From Bacteroidia bacterium Ga0077558 (GTDB taxonomy: Bacteria > Bacteroidota > Bacteroidia > Chitinophagales > Chitinophagaceae): DNA of 64,000 nt. Each line of letters starts with the position of its first letter. Within the stretch, counting starts at the first letter, position 1. Below the pieces are notes generated by a model. The model was not told where the DNA came from. It searched no databases and worked only from the letters and a program-made list of their open reading frames with translations. Of this stretch, positions 19,547 to 30,900 are shown one piece after another. Both the position numbers and the translations under genes were made by a program. The stretch is taken from contig LNFJ01000094.1 of the NCBI GenBank assembly GCA_001464625.1, positions 22,215 to 86,214 of the forward strand, given 5' to 3'.

Positions 19547-21889
19547 CTATAAATCTTTACTCACTTTGCGGAATCGTTTCCACCAACGGGATTTTTTTAC
19601 TATCTCCTCTGTTGAGTTTTTACTCTTTAACTGTGCATCTACTACGGCAACCAGTGCCATATTTAAAATATTGCGAACAGAACTCCCTAGTTGCAAAATA
19701 TGAACCGGTTTTTTTAACCCTAACAATATCGGCCCTACTGCATCAGCAGTTTCCAGTTCTTTTAGCAGATTATAGGCTATATTGCCAGAAGCAAGATTCG
19801 GGAAAATCAATGTATTTACATCTTTATCCGCCAATTCGCTGAACGGATAGTTTTCTTTTATTAATTCTTTATTAAATGCTACGCTAGCTTGCATTTCTCC
19901 ATCCACTAACAAAGAAGGCATTTTTTCTTTTACAATTTTTCTTGCTTTGGCCACCAATTGGGCTTCGGGAGAATTACTGCTTCCAAAATTGGAATAACTA
20001 AGCATTGCAATACGGGGGATGATATTAAAATTGCGTACTTCTTTGGCAACCATCAAGGTTATCTCTGCTAATTCTTCTGCCGTTGGATTAAAGTTAACAG
20101 TTGTATCTGCCAAGAACAGCGGCCCTTTTTTCGTCAACATCAAATACATACCTGCAATTTTCTTTACGCCTTCTTCTGTGCCTATTGTGTGCAATGCGGG
20201 ACGAATTGTATCAGGATAATTTTTTGCCAACCCAGAGATCATTGCATCTGCATCGCCACATTCCACCATCATGCAACCGTAATAATTGCGGTCTTTCATT
20301 ACTTTTTTTGCCTCATATGCATTGAAACCTTTTCTCCCTCTTTTGGCAAAGAAGAGTTCGGAATATTTATTTCTTCTTTCTTCCATGGCATCGCTGCGGG
20401 GGTCAAAAATTGGCAAGCCTTCTATATCTATACCATTGGCATTAGCGATACTTTTAATTTTGATTTCATCACCCAATAAAATAGGGTAGCCAATTCCCTC
20501 ATCAAAAATAATTTGTGCGGCTTTTAAGATTTTTACATTATCTGCCTCTGCAAATACAATTCGTTTAGGGTCTTTTCGGGCTTTATTACCCAGCACTCTC
20601 ATCACCTGGTTATCGAGGCCTAATCGCTTATTAAGATCGTTTACATAACTGTCCCAATTAGTTATTGGGTGTTGTGCTACACCACTTTCCATAGCTGCTT
20701 TTGCAACCGCAGGTGCTACGGTGGCTAACAATCTTGGGTCAAGCGGTTTTGGAATGATATAGTTCTCGCCAAAAGTGATATTTTTTTCATTGTAGGCCAT
20801 GTTCACAATATCCGGCACCGGAGTTTTGGCTAACTCCGCTAATGCCTTAACAGCGGCCATCTTCATTTCTTCGTTAATATGCTTAGCTCTTACATCTAAT
20901 GCGCCACGAAATATATACGGGAACCCCAATACATTATTTACCTGGTTGGGATAATCACTACGACCCGTAGCCATGATCACATCCTTTCTTGCTCCGGTTG
21001 CATCTTCCCAACTAATTTCAGGATCTGGGTTGGCCATCGCAAAAACGATAGGATTTTTGGCCATACTTTTAACCATGTCGGCATTCACCACATTGCCAGC
21101 ACTTAAACCAATAAATACATCCGCATCTTTCATTGCCTGTGCTAAGGTCATTTCTCCTTTAGCATTCGCAAATTTTTGTTTGAACTCTTCCAGGTCGGTT
21201 CTTCCTTTATGTAATACACCTTTTCTATCGAAGAGTAAGAAGTTTTCATGCTTTGCACCGAGTGCTTCATACAACATAATACAAGCCATTGCAGCTGCGC
21301 CGGCACCATTCACTACAAACTTTACTTTATCAATTTTCTTTTTCTGAATTTCCAATGCATTCAACAAAGCCGCTGCAGAAATGATAGCGGTTCCATGCTG
21401 GTCATCATGCATAACCGGAATATTCATCTGCTTTTTTAATTCCTTTTCTATATAAAAGCATTCCGGTGCTTTAATATCTTCAAGATTAATACCACCAAAA
21501 GTTGGTTCCAGTGCTTTTACGATCTGCACAAACTTTTCCGGATCTTTTTCATTTATCTCGATGTCGAACACATCTATGTCGGCGAAAATTTTGAAGAGAA
21601 CTCCTTTTCCTTCCATAACTGGTTTACTGGCTTCGGGGCCAATATCACCAAGACCAAGAACTGCAGTACCGTTACTGATAACAGCCACTAAATTTCCTTT
21701 AGCGGTGTATTTATATACGTTCTCAATATTGTCTGCAATTTCTAAACAAGGGGCGGCTACGCCGGGTGAGTAGGCCAGTGAGAGATCTCTTTGTGTTTTG
21801 GCTTCCTTGGTTGGTATTACTTCTATTTTTCCTGGCCTTCCTTTAGCATGATATTCCAAGGCCTGTTGTTTGCGTAGTTCGTTTGACAT
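19547..21889 (-). CDS. maeB: NADP-dependent malic enzyme (malic enzyme domain + phosphotransacetylase-like domain)
   Basis: 780 aa. The N-terminus [19 protein letters not shown]...[10 protein letters not shown] plus the C-terminal PTA-like half is the MaeB architecture. Confidence 0.92.
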   Translation of the reverse strand: MSNELRKQQALEYHAKGRPGKIEVIPTKEAKTQRDLSLAYSPGVAAPCLEIADNIENVYKYTAKGNLVAVISNGTAVLGLGDIGPEASKPVMEGKGVLFKIFADIDVFDIEINEKDPEKFVQIVKALEPTFGGINLEDIKAPECFYIEKELKKQMNIPVMHDDQHGTAIISAAALLNALEIQKKKIDKVKFVVNGAGAAAMACIMLYEALGAKHENFLLFDRKGVLHKGRTDLEEFKQKFANAKGEMTLAQAMKDADVFIGLSAGNVVNADMVKSMAKNPIVFAMANPDPEISWEDATGARKDVIMATGRSDYPNQVNNVLGFPYIFRGALDVRAKHINEEMKMAAVKALAELAKTPVPDIVNMAYNEKNITFGENYIIPKPLDPRLLATVAPAVAKAAMESGVAQHPITNWDSYVNDLNKRLGLDNQVMRVLGNKARKDPKRIVFAEADNVKILKAAQIIFDEGIGYPILLGDEIKIKSIANANGIDIEGLPIFDPRSDAMEERRNKYSELFFAKRGRKGFNAYEAKKVMKDRNYYGCMMVECGDADAMISGLAKNYPDTIRPALHTIGTEEGVKKIAGMYLMLTKKGPLFLADTTVNFNPTAEELAEITLMVAKEVRNFNIIPRIAMLSYSNFGSSNSPEAQLVAKARKIVKEKMPSLLVDGEMQASVAFNKELIKENYPFSELADKDVNTLIFPNLASGNIAYNLLKELETADAVGPILLGLKKPVHILQLGSSVRNILNMALVAVVDAQLKSKNSTEEIVKKSRWWKRFRKVSKDL

Positions 21890-22004
21890 GGTTCAAATTT
21901 AATGTTCTCCTTTCTGCACGGTAATCAAAACGGGTTGCAATGTACAAAATAATAATCCGAATGAATTTTGGTAGAAAAAATTTCAAAGCCAATTACTTAC
22001 CGGA

Positions 22005-23183
22005 TTACATTTTTAAACTGCTCCCCAACCAAGCCATCATGCCCATTCCAATTTCAATCGCATCTTCATCAATATTAAAAACAGGAGTATGTACGCCGGC
22101 GGTGATTCCTTTGGCTTTGTTCATAGTGCCCAGACGAAAAAAGCAGGCTGGTATTTGCTGGGCATAGTAGCCAAAATCTTCAGCACCCATGCGTAATTCC
22201 GTTTCGCTTACATTTTCTTCACCCATATATAGGGCAGCATTTATTGCAGCATTGGTTGTTACTGTTTCATTGTTCATTACACAAGGATAACCAACATCAA
22301 TATGAAGATCAACTTCGCCACCCATGGAGTGAACAAAATCCGTAGTTAGTTTGCGCATCAGTTCATGTGCTTTAAAACGCCATGTTTCATCCATTGCCCT
22401 GAATGTTCCCATTAGTTTCACTTCATTGGGCACCACATTCGTTGTATTACCGCCATTGAAGGATGTAATGGAAAGAACAGAAGGATTGAAGGGATTATTA
22501 TTTCTGCTGATCAATTGTTGCAATGCAATTATTAAATGAGAAGCAATAAGAATGGGGTCAATAAATAAATGAGGAGAAGCAGCATGTCCACCTTTTCCTT
22601 TCACCGTGAAATATAATTCATCTGCACTAGCCATTACTTTGCCACTGCGAAAACTTAATTGGCCTACTTCTAAAATGGTGTTCACATGCAAAGCAAGAAT
22701 TGCCTGCGGTATTGGATTTTCCAGCACACCATCTTTTATCATTAGCGATGCGCCACCAGGATTTTTTTCTTCGCCCGGTTGAAAAACAAGTTTCACCGTT
22801 CCTTCCCATTCATCTTTTAATTCTGAGAGAATTTTTGCAGCACCTAAAAGACAGGTTGTATGCACATCATGACCGCAGGCATGCATCACACCATCATTCT
22901 TTGATTTATAGGGAACATCATTTTCTTCTTTGATAGGCAATGCATCCATATCGGCACGCAATGCAATAATGCGACTATCAGGATTTTTTCCTTTGATCAA
23001 TCCAACTACACCTGTTGTGGCTTTTACTTCAAATGGAATTCCTAGTTCGGTTAGTTTTCCCTGCACAAACTTTGAAGTTTCAAACTCCTGGTAGCTCAGT
23101 TCAGGATTTGCATGTAAATGATTGCGTACACCTACATATTCAGCAAAATACTTTTTAGCGAGGGCTTTAATTTTTTCTTGCAT
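22005..23183 (-). CDS. M20D family amidohydrolase (N-acyl-amino acid / hippurate hydrolase-like)
   Basis: 392 aa. HANPELSYQEFETS, RADMDALP and HACGHD are typical of M20D. Confidence 0.85.
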   Translation of the reverse strand: MQEKIKALAKKYFAEYVGVRNHLHANPELSYQEFETSKFVQGKLTELGIPFEVKATTGVVGLIKGKNPDSRIIALRADMDALPIKEENDVPYKSKNDGVMHACGHDVHTTCLLGAAKILSELKDEWEGTVKLVFQPGEEKNPGGASLMIKDGVLENPIPQAILALHVNTILEVGQLSFRSGKVMASADELYFTVKGKGGHAASPHLFIDPILIASHLIIALQQLISRNNNPFNPSVLSITSFNGGNTTNVVPNEVKLMGTFRAMDETWRFKAHELMRKLTTDFVHSMGGEVDLHIDVGYPCVMNNETVTTNAAINAALYMGEENVSETELRMGAEDFGYYAQQIPACFFRLGTMNKAKGITAGVHTPVFNIDEDAIEIGMGMMAWLGSSLKM

Positions 23184-23199
23184 GGCGCAAAAATAGAAA

Positions 23200-23221
23200 A
23201 TCCCTGTTGGCTAACAGGGAT
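23200..23221 (-). terminator. Rho-independent terminator after the SPOR-domain gene
   Basis: Stem ccctgtt / aacaggg (loop ggct). On the minus strand it is followed by ttttctattttt. Confidence 0.65.
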
Positions 23222-23248
23222 TATTTGATAAGCGATTATGTAAATTAT

Positions 23249-23713
23249 TTACGGCTGGCTATCATCATTATCATCAATGCCCTTGCCCGACTTCACTTCG
23301 ATCACATCTTTCATAATAAAAACACCCTTAGGAAAATAGGTGTTCAATCTTCGTTGAAAAGCTTCTGCATCTTTGCGGTCTTTAAAATTGCCGGCTTTTA
23401 CTTTAAAATAAGGGGATTGGTACCACATATATGCTTTCAGGTCCGGGAAATAAGTATAGATCTTAGTTTTTGCAGCCAATGCTTCATCCCGGTTATTAGT
23501 ACTGATGATCATTAAACGATAACCTTTATCAGTTCTTCTTCCATCCCGGCTGGTTTCTTCGTTGATCTGTGCTTGTTTTTTTACCAGCAATTCAAGGCGT
23601 GGGTCTTTATGAACTATGACCGAGTTGCTGTCAATAGGAGCCGAAACGGTATCCTTTTGTGCAAAACAATTTGTAGTAATAGCTAAAATTGTGAGTGTAA
23701 TAATGAATTTCAT
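23249..23713 (-). CDS. SPOR domain-containing protein
   Basis: Signal peptide plus C-terminal YRLMIISTNNRDEALAAKTKIYTYFP...YFKVKAGNFKDRKDAEAFQRRL, a SPOR-type repeat. Confidence 0.75.
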   Translation of the reverse strand: MKFIITLTILAITTNCFAQKDTVSAPIDSNSVIVHKDPRLELLVKKQAQINEETSRDGRRTDKGYRLMIISTNNRDEALAAKTKIYTYFPDLKAYMWYQSPYFKVKAGNFKDRKDAEAFQRRLNTYFPKGVFIMKDVIEVKSGKGIDDNDDSQP

Positions 23714-23741
23714 ATTTCGTATAAGGTTTCAAAAATCCTAC

Positions 23742-23749
23742 CAAAAATA
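23742..23749 (-). promoter_or_regulatory. candidate -7 promoter box (TATTTTTG) for the SPOR-domain gene
   Basis: Exact TAnnTTTG on the minus strand, 28 nt upstream of the ATG at 23713. Confidence 0.4.
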
Positions 23750-23854
23750 GGAAGGTTTATTGTTTTTAGTTTTTTGTTATTTAAAGTAAAAAGCTTTCAA
23801 AAATATTCAGGAACTTTTGCCATGCAAGAACTACAAACCCTAAACTACAAACTT

Positions 23855-24805
23855 TTAATATCCTCCTCCTGCGCCTGCAATATTTTCCACCGGGTGCCAG
23901 GTTGTTTTTATTTCTTGTGTGTCCATAATAAAGTAAGGTGATTGGCCTTCATCTGTGTACCAGTTTATCTTATCATAGAAAGTAATACGCTTTAGGTTGC
24001 TTGCCGATTTTTCCCGTATCATTTTCTGTGTATCAGAAATATTTTCACAGTAAATGGTTGCATTTACATCCATGTGATCTACAAACCAGCTGGCTAACTC
24101 GGCTGGTTTGCCTGTTAAAATATTTACAACGCCACCAGGGAGGTCAGACGAATTCAATACTTCGGCGAAGGTAACTGAACAAAGCGGTTTTGTTTCCGAT
24201 GCTAAAACAATACAGGTATTTCCTCCCGCAATCACGGGAGCTATAACAGAAACTAATCCCAAAAGAGAATCATTTTGCGGGGCTATAATTGAAACAACAC
24301 CTGTTGCTTCCGGTACCGAAAAATTAAAATGCGATGAGGCAACAGGATTTACGGCACTAAAGATTTGCTGAAATTTATCGCACCAGCCGGCATAATATAT
24401 CAAGCGGTCGATAGCAAGATTTACTTCTTTCTCAGCCTTTGCTTTGGTGGAATCCTGTTGTACCAACTCATCAATGAATTGTGCTTTTCTTCCTTCCAGC
24501 ATTTCGGCCATGCGATATAAAATCTGGCTGCGGTTGAAAGCGGCACGGCCACTCCATCCACTTACTGCACCTCTTGCACTTACTACGGCATCCCGAAAAT
24601 CTTTTCTTGAACTCAGGCACACATTTGCCAACGTTTTTCCGGTAGCATTTACCGGTTGATAATATCTTCCAGATTCCGTTCTTGGGAATTGTCCGCCGAT
24701 ATAAATTTTATAGGTCTTCAATACTTCCAATCGTTTAGCAGAAGTTTTTTTCTCTAAACCATTTTCGCTGATTGAAAGCGAAGATTTTTTAATTACTTTT
24801 TGCAT
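23855..24805 (-). CDS. aldehyde dehydrogenase-like protein, short form lacking the catalytic-Cys region
   Basis: 316 aa. It aligns by eye with the N-terminal/NAD-binding part of the neighbouring ALDH (YYAGWCDK, PPGVVNILTG-like LPGGVVNILTG). It reads NLKRITFYDKINW where ELGGK is expected and ends about 40 aa later. Confidence 0.7.
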   Translation of the reverse strand: MQKVIKKSSLSISENGLEKKTSAKRLEVLKTYKIYIGGQFPRTESGRYYQPVNATGKTLANVCLSSRKDFRDAVVSARGAVSGWSGRAAFNRSQILYRMAEMLEGRKAQFIDELVQQDSTKAKAEKEVNLAIDRLIYYAGWCDKFQQIFSAVNPVASSHFNFSVPEATGVVSIIAPQNDSLLGLVSVIAPVIAGGNTCIVLASETKPLCSVTFAEVLNSSDLPGGVVNILTGKPAELASWFVDHMDVNATIYCENISDTQKMIREKSASNLKRITFYDKINWYTDEGQSPYFIMDTQEIKTTWHPVENIAGAGGGY

Positions 24806-24894
24806 ATAATAGAACGCAGATTTTTATGATGGTTATGATTTTCGCTGACACATATAATTGATTTTAATAATCATGATGATCAGCGTTCATGCAT

Positions 24895-26394
24895 TTAAAC
24901 AATATTCACATACGCCGACAACCCATGTAATCCACCCTCTCTTCCAAATCCACTTTCTTTATAACCACCAAATGGAGAAGTAGGGTCAAACTTATTAAAA
25001 GTGTTTGCCCACACCACACCGGCTCTCATTCTCTTCGTCATATTGAAAATCTTAGAACCTTTATCCGTCCAAACACCGGCACTTAAACCATATGGTGAGT
25101 TATTTGCTTTCTCAATTACTTCATCATCGGTACGGAAAGTGAGAATAGAAAGGACTGGTCCAAAAATTTCTTCCTGTGCAATGCGATTGCTTTGTGCCAC
25201 GTTGCTGAAGATGGTTGGCCTGCACCAAAAACCTTTTGATGGCAATGCACAACTGCTTTCATACATTTCGGCACCTTCTTTTTTGCCGATAGCAATATAT
25301 TTCTGAATGATATTTAATTGTTCTCTGGAATTGATAGCGCCAATATCGGTGTTCTTATCCATCGGGTCGCCAACAATTAATGATTGCATTCGGTCTCTTA
25401 ATTTGCGAATCACTTCTTTCGCTACCGATTCCTGCACATACAATCTGGAACCAGCGCAACACACATGACCCTGGTTAAAAAAGATAGCATTCACCACACC
25501 TTCCACTGCCTGGTCTATTGGGGCATCTTCAAAAATGATATTCGCTGCTTTACCACCCAATTCTAATGTTGCTTTTTTATTAGTACCTGCAATGGCCCGT
25601 TGTATTATTTTGCCAACATTGGTAGAACCTGTGAATGCAATTTTGTTTACATCAGCATGATTAACGATAGCAGCACCAGTATCTCCGGCACCAGTAATTA
25701 TATTCACCACACCCGGTGGTAAATCTGCTTCCTGAATTATCTCTGCGAGTTTTAATGTGGTTAACGGAGTTGTCTCTGCAGGTTTTAATACAACGGTGTT
25801 TCCTGTTGCCAATGCCGGTGCAATTTTCCAGGCGGCCATCAGTAATGGAAAATTCCACGGCGTAATTTGTCCAGCTACACCCAATGGCTCTGTTGTACGA
25901 TTGGGGAATGCATATTCCAATTTATCGGCCCAGCCTGCATAATAAAATAAATGATTGGCCGCTGTTGGTACATCAAAGTCCCGGCTTTCTTTAATCGGTT
26001 TACCACCATCCAGAGTTTCAACGATTGCCAGCTCTCTTGCTTTCTCCTGCATGATGCGGGCAATACGAAAAATATATTTTGCTCTTTCTTTCGCTGGCAT
26101 TTTCTTCCACACTTTATCATAAGCATTCCGGGCAGCTTTCACTGCTTTGTCAACATCAGCCGCATTGGCATCCGCTACTTCACTCAACTTTTCTTCTGTT
26201 GCAGGATTAATGGTATCAAAATATTTCTTGCTGGATGGTTTTTGCCATTCGCCATTAATAAACAGATCATATTGCTTTTTGATCGTTGCTGCACTTTTAC
26301 TTTCTGGTGCAGGTGCATACTCCCACGAAGTATCAAATTTTAATTTGATAGTGTTGGATTTCTTACTTGTAACTTTCTTTTTTGTAACCGCCAT
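24895..26394 (-). CDS. NAD(P)-dependent aldehyde dehydrogenase
   Basis: 499 aa with the canonical LELGGK (general-base Glu) and FFNQGHVCCAGSR (catalytic Cys) motifs. Confidence 0.92.
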   Translation of the reverse strand: MAVTKKKVTSKKSNTIKLKFDTSWEYAPAPESKSAATIKKQYDLFINGEWQKPSSKKYFDTINPATEEKLSEVADANAADVDKAVKAARNAYDKVWKKMPAKERAKYIFRIARIMQEKARELAIVETLDGGKPIKESRDFDVPTAANHLFYYAGWADKLEYAFPNRTTEPLGVAGQITPWNFPLLMAAWKIAPALATGNTVVLKPAETTPLTTLKLAEIIQEADLPPGVVNIITGAGDTGAAIVNHADVNKIAFTGSTNVGKIIQRAIAGTNKKATLELGGKAANIIFEDAPIDQAVEGVVNAIFFNQGHVCCAGSRLYVQESVAKEVIRKLRDRMQSLIVGDPMDKNTDIGAINSREQLNIIQKYIAIGKKEGAEMYESSCALPSKGFWCRPTIFSNVAQSNRIAQEEIFGPVLSILTFRTDDEVIEKANNSPYGLSAGVWTDKGSKIFNMTKRMRAGVVWANTFNKFDPTSPFGGYKESGFGREGGLHGLSAYVNIV

Positions 26395-26410
26395 AATTTC
26401 TTTTTTATGT

Positions 26411-26477
26411 TACCAGCGACATTAACACGGATGAACTTCCGTTGCGTCGCACTCTTCGGGGTTCTGTTCGCTATTCA
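26411..26477 (-). repeat. short intergenic repeat, copy 2 (inverted orientation)
   Basis: The reverse complement reads gaatagcgaacagaaccccgaagaGTGCGACgcaacgg...gtcgctgg. The block order and 24-nt spacing match copy 6787-6850. Confidence 0.55.
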
Positions 26478-26508
26478 GCTTTGATTGCTTTATTTGATTT
26501 GAGATTTC

Positions 26509-26736
26509 TCATCTTCCGTAAAATGTTTGCTTTTTAAGTGTCACCAAATCTCTATTATAAAAAACATCTTTTGCTAATCGTTCGTTTAGCTCAATTTCTT
26601 TGATTAATTCTTCCCACCCACAATTTGAATATTCTTTTATGAACTCAGACTTAGAAGTCTGCTCAATCTGTTTTTCATTTCTATTGCATTTACAAAATAC
26701 AAGAGATATGAAGGCTATTGTAATGGTACGTTTCAT
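26509..26736 (-). CDS. small hypothetical secreted/lipoprotein
   Basis: 75-aa ORF with a hydrophobic leader MKRTITIAFISLVFCKC. No family recognised and coding status is not certain. Confidence 0.4.
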   Translation of the reverse strand: MKRTITIAFISLVFCKCNRNEKQIEQTSKSEFIKEYSNCGWEELIKEIELNERLAKDVFYNRDLVTLKKQTFYGR

Positions 26737-26804
26737 ATTGTATCACTATATATAATCATATATAATCTTCGACCGAAGTCTCCCCTTTAGGAGGACAGGG
26801 GTCC

Positions 26805-27725
26805 TTAATCCACACTAAAATAATTTGCACTTTGATACTGCCCTGTTTTCAACTTCACCAATTGCATCAACACATCATTCGCCAAGCTACTTGCACCAAA
26901 ACGGAACCATTCATTATTCAGCCAATCTTCGCCCAATACTTCTTTTACCATTACTAAATAATGCAAAGCTAGTTTTGATTTAGAGATACCACCCGCAGGT
27001 TTCATTCCAATCATCTTTCCTGTCTTGTAATAAAAATCCCAGATTGCTTCCAGCATTACCAATGTTACGGGCATGGTGGCCGCTGGTTGTATTTTTCCTG
27101 TTGATGTTTTAATAAAATCTGCACCGGCATGCATCGCAATATCACTGGCTCTTCTTACTTTATCATACGTACCAAGTTCGCCGGTTTCTAAAATCACTTT
27201 CAATCTTGCAGCACCACAGGCTTCTTTAATAGCTGCTATTTCATCAAATACAAAATTATATTCGCCACTATGGAATTTTCCGCGGCTGATCACCATGTCC
27301 ACTTCATCGGCGCCTTCATTCACGGCGTATTTTGTATCTCTTATTTTAATATCCTTTGGTGCTTGCCCGCTGGGGAAGGCCGTAGCAACTGATGCTACTT
27401 TTATTCCTGAATCGCCTAATGCTTTTTTTGCCACTTTTACCATACTTGGATAAACACAAATCGCAGCTACAGTCGGAATATCAGCCAACGCATCATGCGG
27501 ATGCATCGCTTTATAACAAAGCTGTTTTACTTTTCCATCAGTGTCTTTTCCTTCCAGCGTAGTAAGGTCGATCATATTGAGTACCAGCTTCAGCCCATTT
27601 TCTTTCGATTCGTTTTTAATACTGCGTTTGGTAAACCGGGAAGCCCTTTCTTCTACACCTACCTGGTCAATCCGGGGCGACAAGGAAAAATCATGTATCA
27701 TTTGTGAGGATTTGGCAATCGCCAT
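26805..27725 (-). CDS. deoC: deoxyribose-phosphate aldolase (long form)
   Basis: 306 aa. VDMVISRG, FIKTSTGK (Schiff-base Lys region) and KPAGGI are typical of DERA. The N-terminal extension resembles long, eukaryote-like DERAs. Confidence 0.88.
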   Translation of the reverse strand: MAIAKSSQMIHDFSLSPRIDQVGVEERASRFTKRSIKNESKENGLKLVLNMIDLTTLEGKDTDGKVKQLCYKAMHPHDALADIPTVAAICVYPSMVKVAKKALGDSGIKVASVATAFPSGQAPKDIKIRDTKYAVNEGADEVDMVISRGKFHSGEYNFVFDEIAAIKEACGAARLKVILETGELGTYDKVRRASDIAMHAGADFIKTSTGKIQPAATMPVTLVMLEAIWDFYYKTGKMIGMKPAGGISKSKLALHYLVMVKEVLGEDWLNNEWFRFGASSLANDVLMQLVKLKTGQYQSANYFSVD

Positions 27726-27938
27726 ATATCAAAATATTTGGATTTCAAAGGTAATCAAAACTTTGTGCGAAATGCCGGATAGCTTACCGTATGCAAACCC
27801 CTTGTACCACAAACTTTTATAATACGATTACCTCTTATAAAGTGCCTGTTTTAATTTGCTGTAATTGATTTACATTCGGAGTTCTGATTCAGCGCAAGGT
27901 TCTGTGATAAAAATCATCTAATAAAAAAACTTACAGCA

Positions 27939-30900
27939 ATGAGAAAAACCCGGTTACTAGAAAAACTGGCGTTACTGACTGTTCTTTTGATGGGAACAGC
28001 ACAAGTAATGGCACAGGCCACATTTCCCGAGAATGGGATTGCCGATCCAAGGCACGGACATTATGCTTTCACCAATGCTACAATTGTAAAAGATGCAAAC
28101 ACAACGATAGCCAATGCTACATTGGTTATAAAGGATGGAAAGATCGTTGCTGTTGGCACCGGACTTTCGGTTCCTTCAGGTGCAGTAGAAGTAGATTGCA
28201 AAGGCAAGTTCATTTATCCTTCGTTTATTGATATCTACACAGATTATGGAACTCCGGTTCGTCCGCAACAACAAGGCGGTGGTGGATTCAATTTTTTTGC
28301 TCAACCTCAATTAGAGACCAATGTAAAAGGTCCCTATGGATGGAACCAGGCCATTAAATCCGATGTGGACGTTTTTAAAGTGTTTGGAGTTAACGATGCT
28401 GCGGCAAAACCAATGCGGGAAGTTGGTTTTGGTACAGTGCTTACTCATGTTAAAGATGGTGTAGCAAGAGGAACCGGAGCGGTTGTAACATTAGCCAACG
28501 AGAAAGAAAATCTTACAATCATAAAAGAAAAAGCTTCAGCTCATTATTCGTTTAATAAGGGAACTTCAACGCAATCATACCCAACTTCTAAAATGGGCTA
28601 TATCTCTTTGTTGCGTCAGACATTTTTAGATGCTGCCTGGTATAAAAACAAACCATATGAAGAAGGCTTTAATCTTAGTCTGCAATCATGGAATGAAAAC
28701 CAGGGCTTACCACAAATTTTTGAAGCCAATGATAAATGGGATGATTTGAGAGCTGATAGAATAGGAGATGAGTTCGGCGTTCAATACATCATTAAAGCAG
28801 GGCAGAACGAATACCAGCGTATCAATGAAATGAAAGCCACCAATGCTACATTCATTCTTCCATTAAACTATCCGCAAGGACAAGATGTAGAAGATCCGAA
28901 TGATGCAAAATTTGTATCGTTAGAAGATATGAAACATTGGGAACTGGCACCCACAAGCCCGGCTGCTTTTGAAAAAGCAGGTATACCTTTTTGTATTACT
29001 ACTGCTGATCTTAGAAGTGTGAATACCTTCTGGGTCAATCTTCGCAAAGCGATGGAATATGGATTAAGTGAAAGCAAAGCGATGGAAGCTCTTACCAAAA
29101 CACCAGCTACAATTTTGGGTGTGTATGATAAAGTAGGAAGTCTTGAGGCTGGTAAACTGGCTAATTTCTTAATTACAAACGGTCCAGTTTTCAGTGAAAA
29201 AACAAATATTCTTTACAATTATGTGCAGGGTATCAAATACAATGTAAAAGACGATTCAAATATTGCAGGTACTTATAATCTTAGTATTAATACGCCAACA
29301 GGAGTAGAAAAATATACACTGGATGTAAAAAGTACCAGCTCTGTTGGCATGTTTGGTAAAGACACCATGAATACTAAATTTAGTTTTGATGGTAAGCAAG
29401 TGAAATTGAGTTATGCGCCAATGGTAAGAAGACAAAGACCTCCTGGTGGTCCAGGTGGCGACCCTACTCAACCAAGACCGGGAGGGTTTGGTGGCGGACA
29501 AGTACCAGCATTACCTGCAACAGCTACAAGGTTAGGTGGTATCAGCAATGGTACAGAATGGAATGGCACTGGTGTTGATTCAGCAGGTAACTCACTTACC
29601 TGGACAGCTGTGTTTGTAAAAGCTGCTGATATAAAAATGGATAGCACTAAGAAAAAAGATATACCTGTTGTAGGAAAAGTAAATTATCCTTTCTTGCCTT
29701 TTGGCAATAGCCAGGATGAAATACCAAAGCAGGAAACGATGTTGATCAAAAATGCAACTGTATGGACCAGTGAGGGTGAAGGTGTGTTGCAGAATACAGA
29801 TGTATTATTAAAGAATGGAAAAATTGCAGCTATCGGTAAGAATTTGAGTGACCCGGCTGCTAAAGTAATTGATGGTACCGGCAAGCATGTTTCTCCGGGA
29901 ATTATTGATGAACACTCACATATTGCAGCTGCTTCTATAAATGAAGGGGCACAATCTGTAACTTCAGAAGTAAGAATTGCTGATAACCTGAATCCAGATG
30001 ATATTAATATTTATCGTCAGTTAAGTGGTGGTGTTACTTCTTCTCATATACTTCATGGTTCTGCCAACGTAATTGGTGGACAAACTCAGTTGATAAAACT
30101 TCGCTGGGGTGCAAATGCAGAAGACCTGAAATTTAAGGATTGGGCGGGGCAAATAAAATTTGCATTGGGAGAAAATGTAAAACGTTCTTCTTCTACACAA
30201 GGCAACAACCGCTACCCAGATACAAGAATGGGAGTGGAACAGGTTTTAACAGATGCCTTTACCCGTGCAAAAGACTACAAGAAAAAATGGGATAGCTATA
30301 ATGCTGAAAAAGATAAATTAGTTAAGGCAAAAAAACCATTGACAGGTTTGAATGCTCCCCGTCGTGACCTTGAGTTAGAAGCATTGGTGGAAATTTTAGA
30401 TAAGAAAAGATTTATCACTTGTCATTCCTATGTACAAAGTGAGATCAACATGGCTATGAAAGTAGCAGAAGAAATGGGTTATACAGTGAATACTTTCACT
30501 CACATATTGGAAGGATATAAAGTAGCTGATAAAATGAAAGCACATGGTGCCTTTGTATCTACTTTCTCTGATTGGTGGGCTTATAAAGTAGAAGTAGAAG
30601 ATGCTATACCTTATAATGCCGCTATCATGCACAAAACAGGATTAGTGGTGGCAATTAATTCTGATGATGCTGAAATGGCAAGACGGTTAAACCAGGAAGC
30701 AGCTAAAACGATGAAGTATGGAGGTGTATCTGCAGAAGAAGCATTGAAGATGGTAACACTTAATCCTGCAAAAATGTTACATGTGGATGATCGAATTGGT
30801 AGTTTGAAAGTAGGTAAAGATGCAGACGTGGTGGTTTGGTCAGATAATCCGCTTAGCATTTACGCAAAACCTTTGTACACTATTGTTGATGGAACTATTT

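Noticed and set aside
19459-19842. 127-aa plus-strand ORF at the mlaE/maeB junction
   Set aside because: It overlaps the 3' end of maeB in antisense and has no recognisable features.
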